Shown piece after piece: positions 24,370 through 37,015 of a DNA stretch of 64,000 nucleotides. Every line of letters starts with the position of its first letter. Within the stretch, counting starts at the first letter, position 1. The notes under the pieces are model-generated. The model worked only from the letters and a program-made list of their open reading frames with translations. It made no database searches and was not told the DNA's origin. Source of the DNA: Mobula birostris (lineage: Eukaryota); assembly GCF_030028105.1 (NCBI RefSeq), contig NC_092392.1, forward strand, positions 15,330,613 to 15,394,612, given 5' to 3'. A program made the position numbers and the translations under genes.

Positions 24370-24665
24370 AGGTGCCATGGTAGCATGTTGGCTAGCGTGA
24401 ACCTATTACAGCCCAGGGCGTTCTGGAGTTTGGAGGCCAATTCTGGTGCCATTCTGTGAGGAGTCTCTATACATCCTTCCTGTGGAATACCTGGGTACTC
24501 CCCTGGTGCTCTGGTTTCCTCCCATGGTCCAAAGACATCCCAGTTAATTGGGGTCATTTGTAAACTGTCCCGCAATTAGGTTAGGGTTAATCGGGGTGCG
24601 GCATTACTGGAGCAGTGTGCCTCAAAAGACCAGAAGGGCCTACTCCATGCTGTTTTGCTAAATAA
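24370..24665 (+). mobile_element. V-SINE inserted in an old CR1 fragment (about 24115-24360)
   Basis: V domain ggtgctctggtttcctccca..tccaaagac; the flanking peptide WAMKLQVEFNTGKSEMLYFGRTN is CR1 RT. Confidence 0.7.
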
Positions 24666-25006
24666 GGTAAGAATAAATAATCCGAAGTGAACTTGCAGTT
24701 GTGAGATCTTACCCTTTATTCTTTGTTAGTTAGAAAAGTTTTACAATTTATTGTGTGTGTAATCTTCATACAGATTAAGCTATGCATAGGTGCTATAAAT
24801 TTAAAGGCTCATTAAATGATGAAGTATAATCCTAGGACTTCAATTTTACTGCTATTTGGAATGGAATGTAAAACAACATTTTATAATCTTTAATAATCAT
24901 TGAAACTAATTTTGGATTTGAGTAGAATAAAGATAGGTTAAAATTATACCTGCTTGAATTGGATTAAAAATTTTTAATTCTATATTTCATGCATTGATTA
25001 ACGTAC

Positions 25007-25553
25007 CTGCTGGTATGCCTTCGACTGCACAAGTTGTGTGACAGTTATTATTCAATGTATTCACAGTGTCATTAATACGTGAAAGCTCTTTTTGAATGTA
25101 ATGCAAAACAGAATCTGTACTCCTCTCTTCCAAACGGCTCCGGAGCCAACTGATCTGGTTTCTGGCAATCTGCAATGAAGTTGTCAATGCATTTACTTTA
25201 TTCTCCAGTGCAGTTATCTTGTTATCATGCTTGGTAGGCTTTTCCTGATGTTCTTCCTGCCACCTTTTCTTCATTTTATTTACTGTCGCTGTAAGACTTT
25301 TAACAGCTTTGACTGTCTTTTCAAGTAGCTTGGTCTCCTTGGGAAGCTTCAGGGTAAACGGTGGAAAATTTACCTGGTAACCACAGAATTCACCTTCATC
25401 GCAGTCTGTGGGCTTCAGCTTGATGGAACAATCTGCATTTCCATTTCTTTCTGTTAGATCCTTGAAACTGCTACTTTTGTTATATCCATGAGTAATCTCC
25501 ACACACAGTGTTAATCCAGCATTCAGGATGAAAAATGCAGCAGCAGCCCTCAT
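25007..25553 (-). CDS. FGL2: FGL2-like exon 1: signal peptide and coiled coil
   Basis: Hydrophobic N-terminus; CSIKLKPTDCDEGEFCGYQVNFPPFTLKLPK matches the FGL2 CP..L...C...ECPYQV.LPPLTIQLPK motif; donor GCA G|gtacgt. 547+704 = 1251 nt gives an open 416-aa frame. Confidence 0.92.
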
Positions 25554-26268
25554 TATTTCTCTAAAGCTCTGAAAGACTATTAAATATTTTGATGATTTTT
25601 AACTACTAAAAATATTGCTGTGTTGCATTCAGTGCACAAGCTCTCACTAACAGGGAAGTTAGTGCACAAGCTACAGCAATGATATTAATACTGTTAGGAG
25701 TGGTGGGCGGTTCATTTATGATATCATATCCTTCAGTCACTGTCTGCTGACAGAAATTGGAAATGATGCAGTACCTCATTGGCCAACAGCAACTGAAAAT
25801 GCTCAAGTACCTCAACTGCATACAATATTAGCTGTATAAATGTTATATTTTCTAGAATGCTTGCTTATTTGCCTTAAGCATACATTATACACAATATACA
25901 TGGAATAGCAATGAAATTCAGCTTTTTAACATTCAATTTTTGGGGGGTATTCTGACTGCTCCGAGCCCAAACAGTTAAAATCCACATTTGCACGAACTTG
26001 GTGAGGAAAGCCATATTGGTGAAATTGCCTGTGTACAACCAATGAATGCCTTCTGGAAGCATGCAAAGTAAGTAGATCAGAGTGTTGTTGCTCCTTCTCA
26101 AAGCATTTTTCAACTTTGCACAGTTGAAAAGAGCCCTCACTATTGGCATTTAAAGAGATGATCAACTTCTTACAGGTTAACATCTAGTTGGTTTCTTCTG
26201 AGTTTTGTTACAATTCTACCAATATTTTTATACTTATTTCGGATGCTGAAGTCTGTAAGGAGTTTGTA

Positions 26269-26710
26269 GCAACACTCACAACACACTGGAGGAACTCAGA
26301 AGGTCGGGCAGCGTCCATGGAAAAGATCGGTCGACCTTTCGGCCGGAACCCTTCGTCAGGACTGTAGAGGGAAGGGGCAGAAGGCCTCATGGTTCCGCCT
26401 CCTTCTACTACCCATTGTGTTTTCCCCTATTCCTGCTTCACCTTTCCTCCCTATCACCTCCCTGCCTCCCCTCCCCCACCCCTTTATCTTTCCCCTTACT
26501 GGTTTTTCACCTGGAACCTACCAGCCTTCTCCTTCCCACCCTCCCCGCACCTTCTTTATAGGGCCTCTGCCCCTTCCCTCTACAGTCCTGATGAAGGGTT
26601 CCGGCCCGAAACATCGACCGATCGTTCCCATGGATGCTGCCCGACCTGCTGAGTTCCTCCAGCGTGTTTTGAGTGTTGCTTTGACCCCAGCGTCTGCAGA
26701 TTATTTTGTG
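26269..26710. mobile_element. Penelope-derived inverted-pLTR element with two hammerhead-like cores, inserted in a V-SINE
   Basis: Perfect 15-bp TSD tgtaaggagtttgta (26254-26268 / 26711-26725); about 120-bp inverted arms (26269-26387 vs 26562-26680); V-SINE continues 26726-26900. Confidence 0.88.
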
Positions 26711-28099
26711 TGTAAGGAGTTTGTATATTCTCCTCGTGACCCCATTGGGTTTTCTCCAGATGTTCTGTGGTTTTCTTCCACAGTCCAAAGATGCAGTGGT
26801 CATTGTAAATTGTCTGTGGTTAGGCTAGGGTTAAATTGGGGTGGTACAGTACGAAAGGCTGGAAGGGCCTGTTCTATGCTGTATCTTGATAAATGAATAA
26901 TAAATCTACAAAGAGTACAGGGGCAAGAGATAAAGGACTGTCCTACTGTTGAAATCATTTTTTCTTATGTTATATTCTTCAAAGCACAGCACAATTAAGG
27001 ATCAACAGAGGGCTATTAAAAACAAGCTGCTAGAAAACAAGAGGTGAAAGAGAAGTGCAAGAGTAGGTGAAGAAGAACCACTGTTACCAGGAAGTTTATT
27101 TACCAAGGTTGTTCAATGAACCATTCTACCTGCAACTCAACTAGGAATATTGGGCAAAATGCATTTAAACAAATCAGCTCATCTAGTAAATGCTGCATTT
27201 TAGATATCAGAGGGAAAGAGGATAAAAAAAACATTTAGGTGAGCAACACATAAAAAATGCTGGTGAACGCAGCAGTCCAGGCAGCATTTATAGGAAGAGG
27301 TACAGTTGACATTTTGGGCGGAGCCCCTTCGTCAGGACTAACTGAAAGAAAAGATAGTAAGAATTGATTGTAGTCACTCTGGCTAGTTAACTGCTTATTA
27401 GTTATTCTTTTCTGAGAGATAATCTAGATGAGTTTCACATAATACCAAATTTAGACCAATAATATACAGCTTTTTAATTCTTGTGGCTTCCTTGAATTGG
27501 TCAGAAAATCATCTGCTGCCACCACCCCTAGGTGTATCTTCCTAGGGTATCCCTCAACCCAGGAAGTGGCCTTATGCGGTTTAACACATGGTATACTAAA
27601 AGTCCTCGTCACTGCCTGTATTACTAGCAGTACAGGGAGCCTGCCAGTATAAGTGCTGGAAGATTCTAATTTCCTTTGAAGCTCATTGATACAGTGAGTC
27701 ACAAGACTGAATGGCGTGATATTGGTGAGTCAAAAAGAGTTAAAAGCTGGCAGGTTGGATAGTCTGGTCCGCTACATGAGAGACTACAAGTGTTAGAATC
27801 TAGAGCAACAAACAATATGCTGATGAAACTCACTGGCCCAAACAGCAGCTGTTGGAGAAAAGGAATTATCAATATTTCAGGTCTAGTATATAGTAGGTTT
27901 AGACCCAAACCATCAATATTTTTTCATATAATCTCTGTCTCTCCCAGTGTACAGTGCCCTCCTGCTTCAAAACATCCACCATTGTCCCTGTATCTAAAAA
28001 GACCAGGGTAACATGTCTGAATGGCTAGTGTCCTGGCACACTAACCTCAGTAATAAGCAAATGCCTTGAAAAGCTGGTCAAGGACTACATCTACAGTAC

Positions 28100-29245
28100 A
28101 GTATGTTACCACCCACACTGGACTCCCTTCAACTTGCCTACCAACACAAGTAATCGACAGATGATGCAATAGCCATAGCTCTACGCACCGGGCTTACACA
28201 CCTGGAAAAGAGGGATGCTTATATGAGGATGCTGTTCTTGGACTGCAGTTCAGCATTCAACACCATAATTCCCTCCAGCCTCGACAAGAAGCTCAGAGAC
28301 CTCGGTCTTCACCCTGCTTGTGCAGCTGGATCCTAGACTTACTGTCAGATTGCCAACAGGTGGTAAGAGTGAGCTCCCTCACCTTTGCCCCTCTGATTTT
28401 TAACACAAGTGCTCCCCAGGGCTATGTCCTAAGCCCCTTCCTTTACTGTTTGTACACCCATGACTGTCGCTACCCACAGCTCCAATCTGCTAATTAAATT
28501 TGCAGATGACACTACAATGATTGCCTTATCTCAAATAATAATGAGGCAGCCTACAGAGAAGTCATCACCCTGACACAGTGGTGTCAAGAAAACAACCTCG
28601 CCCTCAATGTCGCAAAAACAAAGGAGCTGGTTGTGGACTACGGGAGGAATGGAGACAGGCTAGCTCCTATTGACATCAATGGATCTGGGGTTGAGAGGGT
28701 GAACAGCTTTAAGTTCCTTGCATCCACATTACCGAGGATCTCACGTAGTCTGTACACACCAGCTGTGTGGTGAAAAAAAGCACAACAGCGTCTCTTTCAC
28801 CTCAGATGGTTGAAGAAGTTTGGCATGAATCCCAATTGAGAGCATCCTGACTGGCTGTATCACTGCCCTGTATGGGAACTGAACTTCCCTCAATTGCAGG
28901 ACCCTGCAGAGAGTGGTGTGGACAGCCCAGCACATCTATGGATGTGAACTTCCCACTATTCAGAGCATTTACAGCAACAGGTGTGTAAAAAGGGCCCAAA
29001 GGATCATTAGACACCTGAGTCACCCCAACCATAAACTGTTCCAGCTGCCACCATTCGGGAAACAGTACCACAGTATTAAAGCCGGGACGAACAGGCTCCG
29101 GGACAGCTTCTTCCACCAGGCCATCAGACTGATTTATTACAAATTACTATAAATTGGACATTGCACATTCAGATGGAGACGTAATGTAAAGATTTTTGCT
29201 CCTCATTATGTGAAGGATGTAAGAAATAAAGTCAATTCAATTCAA
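28100..29245 (+). mobile_element. Degenerate Rex/Babar-type LINE (RT to 3' end)
   Basis: SSAFNTI, LIKFADDT and NNLALNVAKTKELVVD remnants; aataaagtcaattcaattcaa tail. Confidence 0.85.
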
Positions 29246-29559
29246 ATATAAATGCTGCTTAAAGCATTGTGTTCGTCCAGCTGATTGCCTGTTGCAGACA
29301 AAATATAGGAAGTTTCAGTAACAACTCTTTAAATTATGTCCTTACTGAAACTTGCTACAACTATAACTTCACAACAGAACAAGCATGGTGTTATCTGTAA
29401 AACAAAGATCTTGCATATGTCTAGCTCCTCCCAGACATGAACTGGAGATGTTACAATACCTCTTAGAGTAAACCATTGATCAATGCTTTGGATATTTTTG
29501 AATGATCATGTAACAAAGCCATTTGGGTAGGACTTAGAAATAAAAAGGGATAGTCATCT

Positions 29560-30070
29560 TGCTAAGACTGTATTATAAGGCAACTCCCCCCCCCCCCCCA
29601 CCAATCGTCAGCAGGAACTGACTATTGTGTCAAAAGGTTGCATGTAGAATAGTAGGGTAGTGTGAGTGGGAGATTTTCAATGGGCCTGGATGTGATGGAA
29701 TATGTGCGGTGCATTCAATACAGCTTCCTAACACAATATATTGAGGTACCTACTGATGAAGTAGCAATATTGGACCTCTTAGGGAACAGGTCAGGCCAAG
29801 TAACTGAAATGATAGTTAGGGAGCTCTTTGGATCCAATGATCATAATTTCTTTAGTTTTAAAATAATTATGGAAAATGATAGAAGGTCCACAAGTTAATT
29901 AGAGCAGACTCAACTTTGAGGGCATGAGACAAGGATCTATCTGGGCAACACTATTGAAAGGCAAAGGAACAGTTAGCAAATAGGGCACTTTTAAAAGGGG
30001 TCAGGAGCAGTATGTTCCCGTTAAGGTGAACAGCAGACATACCAAGTTCAGTGAACCTTGGCTAATGAGA
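29560..30070 (+). mobile_element. Old CR1 ORF2 fragment (APE region), followed by a V-SINE piece at about 30070-30240 (-)
   Basis: FLTQYIEVPT..AILDLLGN..GQVTEM....FGSNDHN. Confidence 0.7.
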
Positions 30071-32045
30071 GAACAATTTACAACAACCAATTAACCTACT
30101 AACCGGTATGCCTTTGGACTGTGGAAGGAAACCCATGCATTCACGGGGAGGAACATACAAACTCTTTAGAGTCAGCATTAGAATTAAACTCTGAACTCCA
30201 AGCTGTAATAGCATCATATTGACCCCTACATTACAGTGTCACCTTCTGAGTCATCAATAGTTATTGGCATATTTTCTTGAAATTTTACCAACTATCATGA
30301 GCCTTCACTTTTTTTGTGCTAGCAAACTTCGGGGTACTCAACACCCATGGATTGTAAGCTTACATTTGTGTTGTTACATTATCATTCTAATTTAGCAATT
30401 GAAGTATGGTTATTGACAACTTACAGTGGAAGTTGCACGCACGTAATCCAATGTGAAATGTGGAAGTTTGTGGTTTAAGGCAGCATCCTCAATGTACTCT
30501 CAACTTCGCAGTTTTAATCTACACCCATGTTCAAACCAATATGTTCCTGAATATTTAGTGATTAAGAGAACAGGTGACAGAGAAGACTGCAAATGCTGGA
30601 AATCTGAGGCAACACACAAAATGCTGGAGGAACTCAGCGAGTCAGGCAGCACCTATGGAGGAAAATTGAGTTTTGGATTGAGGCTCTTCATCAGGACTGG
30701 GAAGAAAGAGGGGAGAAGCCAGTATAAAATTAAGGGGCGGGGGTGGAGTGTGGGGTGGAGCAAGAGCAAGAGGACAAGTGGATGATTTACATGCCCTACT
30801 CTCTGGCCAAATCTGCCTGCCATCGCCTTGGTCTCCAATTCTTGATTTCAGGAATGTTTTGACCTGCTCCTGGACACATAACCAGCCTTATTCCTCATGA
30901 CACTCCATCTGCGCACCTGACCCCATTCTAATCCATTGTTTAGCTATTTAGATCTGGCTATATTTAGGATGATCAGACTTATAGGCCAAATAATGAAAAA
31001 CACTGATCTATACAAGGAGGAAGCTAAGTCCTGGTAAATGGGGATTTCTAATAGTTGTCCAGATCAAGTTGTCTTTGTTGTGTGAGTGGTCATCTGAAAA
31101 TGGTTGTTTTCACCCTTTGCTTAATGATAAAATTGTCTCCAGTCAGTAGGAGCTGAAAGTTTAATTTCCAGAGAGCAATCTTGAAGAAGAAGACATGCAA
31201 ATGTACAACTAAACAACCCTAGCATAAAATTATGGATAAGTCACCATTTTGTAATAGAATTATTATATCCTACTGTGTAAATATATAAGAAACAGTTAAA
31301 TTTCAGGGTTTCATGTTTTGTGAAATCAGCATTTTTTATGACTTGTGGCTTGTACACCATAATATTCATTTAAGGAACGAAGACCCCTCCCCCACCATGA
31401 TATACTGAGGAATCTCAAAGCAGAAAAATAGCAATTGAAGCAATAAACAGAATACAAACCAAATGGAACAAACTTTCTGGTTTGTAGAAAATAATGCTTT
31501 TACAACACTGCAGTATTATCTGAATTTATCCATGATATAAAATGTTTTCTTACATAACGAGATTTTCCGAGCATATCTTAGTCATTAAATCAGCAACTTA
31601 ATTCAATGGTAATGAAAATGAGGGAGTTTCCATTGCCCTGAAACTGAATGACAGCTGCAGTTTTGCACACGTGTCAAGTTAAAAATCTACTCCAATGTAC
31701 AAGTTACTTGAGCCTTTTAAGAACAAAACTGAATGTAAAACAATTGGTACATTCCCGAAGTATAGTATTTTGAGATAATTAAGTACTTCTCAATTAGCTT
31801 CTACCCCACTGCTATAAAATTATTGAACGGTTCTCTAGTACTATAATATGGACTCTTAACCGTACAATTTCAAAATTATGTGGAGGATAGATAAGGTAGA
31901 TAGTAGGAACCTTTTTCCATGGTGGAAGGGTGTAAAACAAGAGGGCGTAGGTATAAGGAGGGGTGTCCAAGATTTAACAGGGATCTGAACAGCATTTTTT
32001 TCTCTCACACACAGTATTTGGAATATGAAACACACTAACTTAGAC

Positions 32046-33195
32046 CGGTGTTTCCCAAATTATTTTAGTCCAACATCCCCCTAAAGTACTTCCATACATG
32101 CCAATTTCCCCCCCCCCCCCAAAGCACCTGCATACTTGCCAACACCCCTGTTAGACACAATATACTCTCTGGCGACCCCATAGTGTAAAAACATGTCTAT
32201 CATATGCTAACATGAGAAAAATGATTCTGCTTCAATTTTTTTGTCTTTAACACAGTACCTGTGCACTGTACAGCAGCTTTGATGTTAGTATGATCCTTGA
32301 GTTTAATGGTTTTTAGCAAGAGTTGAAATATCTGGTTCAAGATATGACAGCAAAAATCTTAAGTCCTATGCTTAACAATGCCCAAGCGGTTTCTGTTTCT
32401 GTATGTGGTTCACTGCACTGAAGCTTCTATCAACAAGGTAGGAGATGGAAATGCAATGAAGAGCAGTTTGGCTCTTTTCCAAAGACCAGGAATCTTCATA
32501 TGACAACGTAGCCACATACCACAAGAGCTGACAGTTTCGAAAAGCATTTTTGCTTCATCATCATTCTGAATTTCAATAATTTCTTCTTGCAAGCTCTCTT
32601 CCTGTTCCTCCACCTTTCAAAGAAATGGGTTAATTACCCAGTCCGGAATTTCCAGACCATTCAAATCCTTGAATCGATTCTGAAAACTCTTCTTCAGTGA
32701 CTGCAGGTGCAAGCAGTACTCTTGAAAATCACCTTCTGTGAAAGAGAATGCATACTGTCCATGCAGGGAAACCGTGAGAACATTCTACTCCTAATGTTTT
32801 GCTTATGTATTTCCAATTTTCTGATAAAAGTGAACACTGCACTTTTTGCCTGGATTAAATTGAAATTAGCAACCTGCAGTTTCATATTTAGAATGTTGTC
32901 ATACATATCAGTTAGGAATGCCACATCGCCATGTAGAAGCTCAATCTTGTTTCCCAAGCTCTTGTTGACTTTGAGCAAAAATTCAACACAGTGTCAAAGA
33001 GATCAAATAAACTTTTTGAGCAGCCTTTTGACAGCCAACTCATTTCAGTGTGAAGAAGCAAGCGTACAAACTCTTCATCATTATCTTGGCATAACTAGTG
33101 AAATGTTCTGCTATTTAATGGATGGGTTTTAATTTTGTTTATAGCAGATATTATAAAAGTCACTGACTGAGGTTTTTTGCTGCAAGATGTTGATG
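32046..33195 (-). mobile_element. Degenerate hAT (Charlie/Buster-like) transposon, 3' half
   Basis: TIR-like cggtgtttcccaaa after cttagac; remnants DVAFLTDMYD..LNMKLQ...FIRKLE and PGLWKRAKLLFIAFPS (dimerisation domain). No second TIR found. Confidence 0.75.
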
Positions 33196-33276
33196 ATTGC
33201 AGACTACTATTTAAATGGGGAGAGCATTCAAAGTTCTGAGATGCAACGGGACTTGGGAGTCCTCGTGCAGGATACC
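33196..33276 (+). mobile_element. Short CR1 RT fragment in opposite orientation, fused to the large CR1
   Basis: The + strand reads ADYYLNGESIQSSEMQRDLGVLVQDT, a CR1 thumb-region motif. Confidence 0.75.
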
Positions 33277-36200
33277 AAAAGCTCTCTTTATGACCCTATC
33301 TACCTGTGACGCCATTTTTAGGGAATTTTGTATCTGTATTCCCAGATCCCTCTGTTCTACTGCATGCCTCAGTGCCTTACCATTAACCCTGTATGTTCTA
33401 CCTTGGTTTGTCCTTCCAACATGCAATACCTCACACTTGTCTGTATTAAATTCCATCTGCCATTTTTCAGCCCATTTTTCCAGCTGGTCCAAGTCCCTCT
33501 GCAGGCTCTGAAAACCTTCCTCACTGTCTATTACACCTCCAATCTTTGTATCATCAGCAAATTTGCTGATCCAATTTACCACATTATCATCCAGATCATT
33601 GATATAGATGACAAATAACAATGGACCCAGCACTGATCCCTGTGGCACACCACTAGTCACAGGCCTCCACTCGGAGAAGCAATTCTCTACTACCACTCTT
33701 TGACTTCTTCCATTGAGCCAATGTCTAATCCAATTTACCACCTCTCCATATAAACCTGGCGACTGAATTTTCCTAACTAACTTCCCATGGGGGACTTTGT
33801 CAAAGGCCTTACTGAAGTCCATATGGACAATATCCACTGCCTTCCCTTCATCCACTTTCCTGGTAACCTCCTCGAAAAACTCCAATAGATTGGTCAAACA
33901 TGACCTACCACACACAAAGCCATGTTGACTCTCCCTAATAAGTCCCTGTCTATCCAAATGCTTGTAGGTTCTGCCTCTTGGTACTCCCTCCAATAACTTA
34001 CCTACTACCGATGTTAAATTTACCGGCCTATAATTTCCCGGATTACTTTTCGATCCTTTTTTAAACAACGGGACAACATGAGCCACTCTCCAATCCTCCG
34101 GCACCTCACCCATAGACAGCGACATTTTACATATTTCTGCCAGGGCCCCCGCAATTTCAACACTAGTCTCCTTCAAGATCCGAGGGAACACCCTGTCAGG
34201 TCCTGGGGATTTATCCACTTTAATTTTCCTCAAGACAGCAAGCACCTCCTCCCTTTCAATCTGTACAGTTTCCATGATCTCACTACTTGATTCCCTTAAT
34301 TCCATAGACTTTATGCCAGTTTCCTTAGTAAATACAGACGCAAAAAACCTGTTTAAGATCTCCCCCATTTCCTTTGGCTCCGCACATAGCCGACCACTCT
34401 GATCTTCAAGAGGACCAATTTTATCCCTTACAATCCTTTTGCTCTTAATATACCTGTAAAAGCTCTTTGGATTATCCTTCACTTTGACTGCCAAGGCAAC
34501 CTCATGTCTTCTTTTAGCCCTGCTGATTACTTTCTTAAGTATTTTCTTGCACTTCTTATACTCCTCAAGCACCTGATTTACTCCCTGTTTCCTATACATT
34601 TCATACAACTCCCTCTTCTTCTTTATCAGAGTTGCAATATCCCTTGAGAACCAAGGTTCCTTATTCCTATTCACTTTGCCTTTAATCCTGACAGCAACAT
34701 ACAAACTCTGCACTCTCAAAATTTCTCTTTTGAAGGCTACCCACCTACCGATCACATCTTTGCCAGAGAACAACCTGTCCCAATCCATGCTTTTTAGATC
34801 CTTTCTCATTTCTTCAAATTTGGCCTTCTTCCAGTTCAGAACGTCAACCCTAGGACCAGATCTATCCTTGTCCATGATCAAATTGAAACTAATGGTGTTA
34901 TGATCACTGGATCCAAAGTGCTCCCCTACACAGACTTCTGTCACTTGTCCTAACTCATTTCCTAACAGGAGATCCAATATTGCATCCCCTCTAGTTGGTC
35001 CCTCTATATATTGATTTAGAAAACTTTCCTGAACACATTTTACAAACTCTAAACCATCTAGACCCCTAACAGTATGGCAGTCCCAATCAATATATGGAAA
35101 ATTAAAATCCCCTACCATCACAACTTTATGTTTCCTGCAGTTGCCTGCTATCTCTCTGCAGATTTGCTCTTCCAAGTCTCGTTGACTATTTGGTGGTCTG
35201 TAATACAATCCCACTAATGTGACCATACCTTTCCTGTTTCTCAGCTCCACCCATAAGGACTCAGTAGACAAGCCCTCTAATCTGTCCTGCCTGAGCACTG
35301 CTGTAATATTTTCCCTAACAAGCAATGCTACTCCCCCACCTTTCATTCTCTGCCTCGATCACATCTGAAATATCGGAACCCTGGAATATTAAGCTGCCAG
35401 TCCTGCCCCTCCTGTAGCCAAGTTTCACTAATTGCTATAACGTCATAATTCCATGTGTCAATCCACGCCCTCAACTCATCCGCCTTCCCCGCAATACTCC
35501 TAGCATTGAAATATATACACCTCAGAAGATTCTTACCACCACTCACAACCTTCCTATTAGCAGATTTGCTTGAACTTTTAACATCATTTATTTTCACCCC
35601 AGCCACACTGTCAGCTCTGGCACTCTGGATCCCATCCCCCTGCAAATCTAGTTTAAAGCCTCCTCAATAGCTCTAACAAACCTCCCTGAAAGGATATTGG
35701 TCACCCTGTGGTTCAAGTGTAACCCGTCTCTCTTGTACAGGTCCCACCTTCCCAAGAAGAGGTCCAAATGATCCTGAAATCTGAAACCCTGCCCCCTACA
35801 CCAGTTCCTCAGCCATTTGTTCATCCTCCAGAGCATCCTATTCCTACCCTCACTGGCACGTAGCACAGGTAGCAATCCTGAGATTACCACCCTCGAGGTC
35901 CTGCTTTTCAATTTCCTACCAAGCTCTCTATACTCACTCTCCAGGACCTCCTCACTCTTCCTTGCTATGTCATTGGTACCGATGGGCACCACGACATCTG
36001 GCTGATCACCCTCCCACTTCAGAATGTCATGCAATCGATCAGAGACATCCTTGACCCTGGCACCCGGGAGGCAACAAACCATCCTGGATTCTCTGTCACG
36101 ACCACAGAACCTCCTATCTGTACCTCTAACTATTGAGTCCCCTATCACTACTGCTCTCCTCTTTCTCCCCCCTCCCTTCTGCACTGCAGAGCCAGACTGA

Positions 36201-37015
36201 GTGCCAGAGATCTGGCTACTGCAGCTTGTCCCAGGTAAGTCATCCCCCCCCCCCAACAGTATCCAATGCGATATACTTGTTGTTGAGGGGAATGGCCACA
36301 GGGGAACCCTGCTCTGCCTGCCCTTTCCTCTTCCCTCGCCTGACAGTGACCCAGTTTTCTGTGCTCTGCTCCTTTGGCATAACTACCTCCCTGTATCTAC
36401 TATCTATAATCTCCTCATTCTCCCGAATGATCCGGAGGTCATCCAGCTCCTGCTCCAGTTCCCTAACGCGGTTTGTGAGGAGCTGCAGCTGGATGCACTT
36501 CTTGCAGGTGTCGTTGTCAGGGACACCGGAGGGCTCCCTGACTTCCCACATCCTGCAAGAGGAGCATTCCAACATCCTGCCTGGCATTCTCTCTACTCTA
36601 AACTATCTGAACAAAAAAAAAAACTTACCGGAATCTACCCTAGCCTCTGCCTGTTCTCGCCGAAACCTGTTGAGCCAAAGCCATCCCACTCTGACTCAGT
36701 CCCCTCCGACGATGGCCACTGTATATGGTGGTCTGCTTTTAAACCTTGGCGCGCTGTATCACGCGCCTGCGCAATGCAGACCCTTCTCCCCGAGCAGTGT
36801 TTAAAACGACTTTTTCTACCCGATTTCTTCACTCCTTTCTTCAGCTGCTTGCTTCGACTGAAACAAGAACCGTTGAAATTTTCTATTTTTAAACCTTGGC
36901 GCGCTACGTCACGCGCCTGCGCAGTGCAGACCCTTCTCCCCGAGCAGTGCTTAAAAAAAAAGACTTTTTATACCCAATTTCTTCACTCCTTTCTTCAGCT
37001 GCTTGCTTCGACTGT
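33272..37015 (-). mobile_element. Near full-length CR1 LINE: repeated 5' UTR, ORF1 (Zn finger/leucine zipper + SGNH esterase) and ORF2 (APE-RT); 3' end missing
   Basis: ORF1 CSSCRMW..TCKKC..L.RVRELEQEL plus VIGDSIVRG..DGLHLN, frameshifted at the C-run 36244-36254. ORF2 CIYFNARSI...ISETWL, frameshift near 35345, then 711 aa with GDFN, SDH, PQGSVLGP and FADD. Confidence 0.95.
36737..37012. repeat. Two ~150-bp tandem monomers in the CR1 5' UTR, each with an NRF1-like GCGCCTGCGCA
   Basis: tttaaaccttggcgcgct..cacgcgcctgcgca.tgcagacccttctccccgagcagtg...cttcagctgcttgcttcgactg occurs at about 36737-36860 and 36887-37012. Confidence 0.85.

Noticed and set aside
5217-27355. Selection keeping intact hammerheads antisense to host transcripts
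   Set aside because: Too few copies in one window, and CpG decay explains most core changes on either strand.
36606-36628. 23-nt GT..AG micro-intron upstream of CR1 ORF1
   Set aside because: Too short for vertebrate spliceosomal excision; only the donor was kept as a hypothesis.
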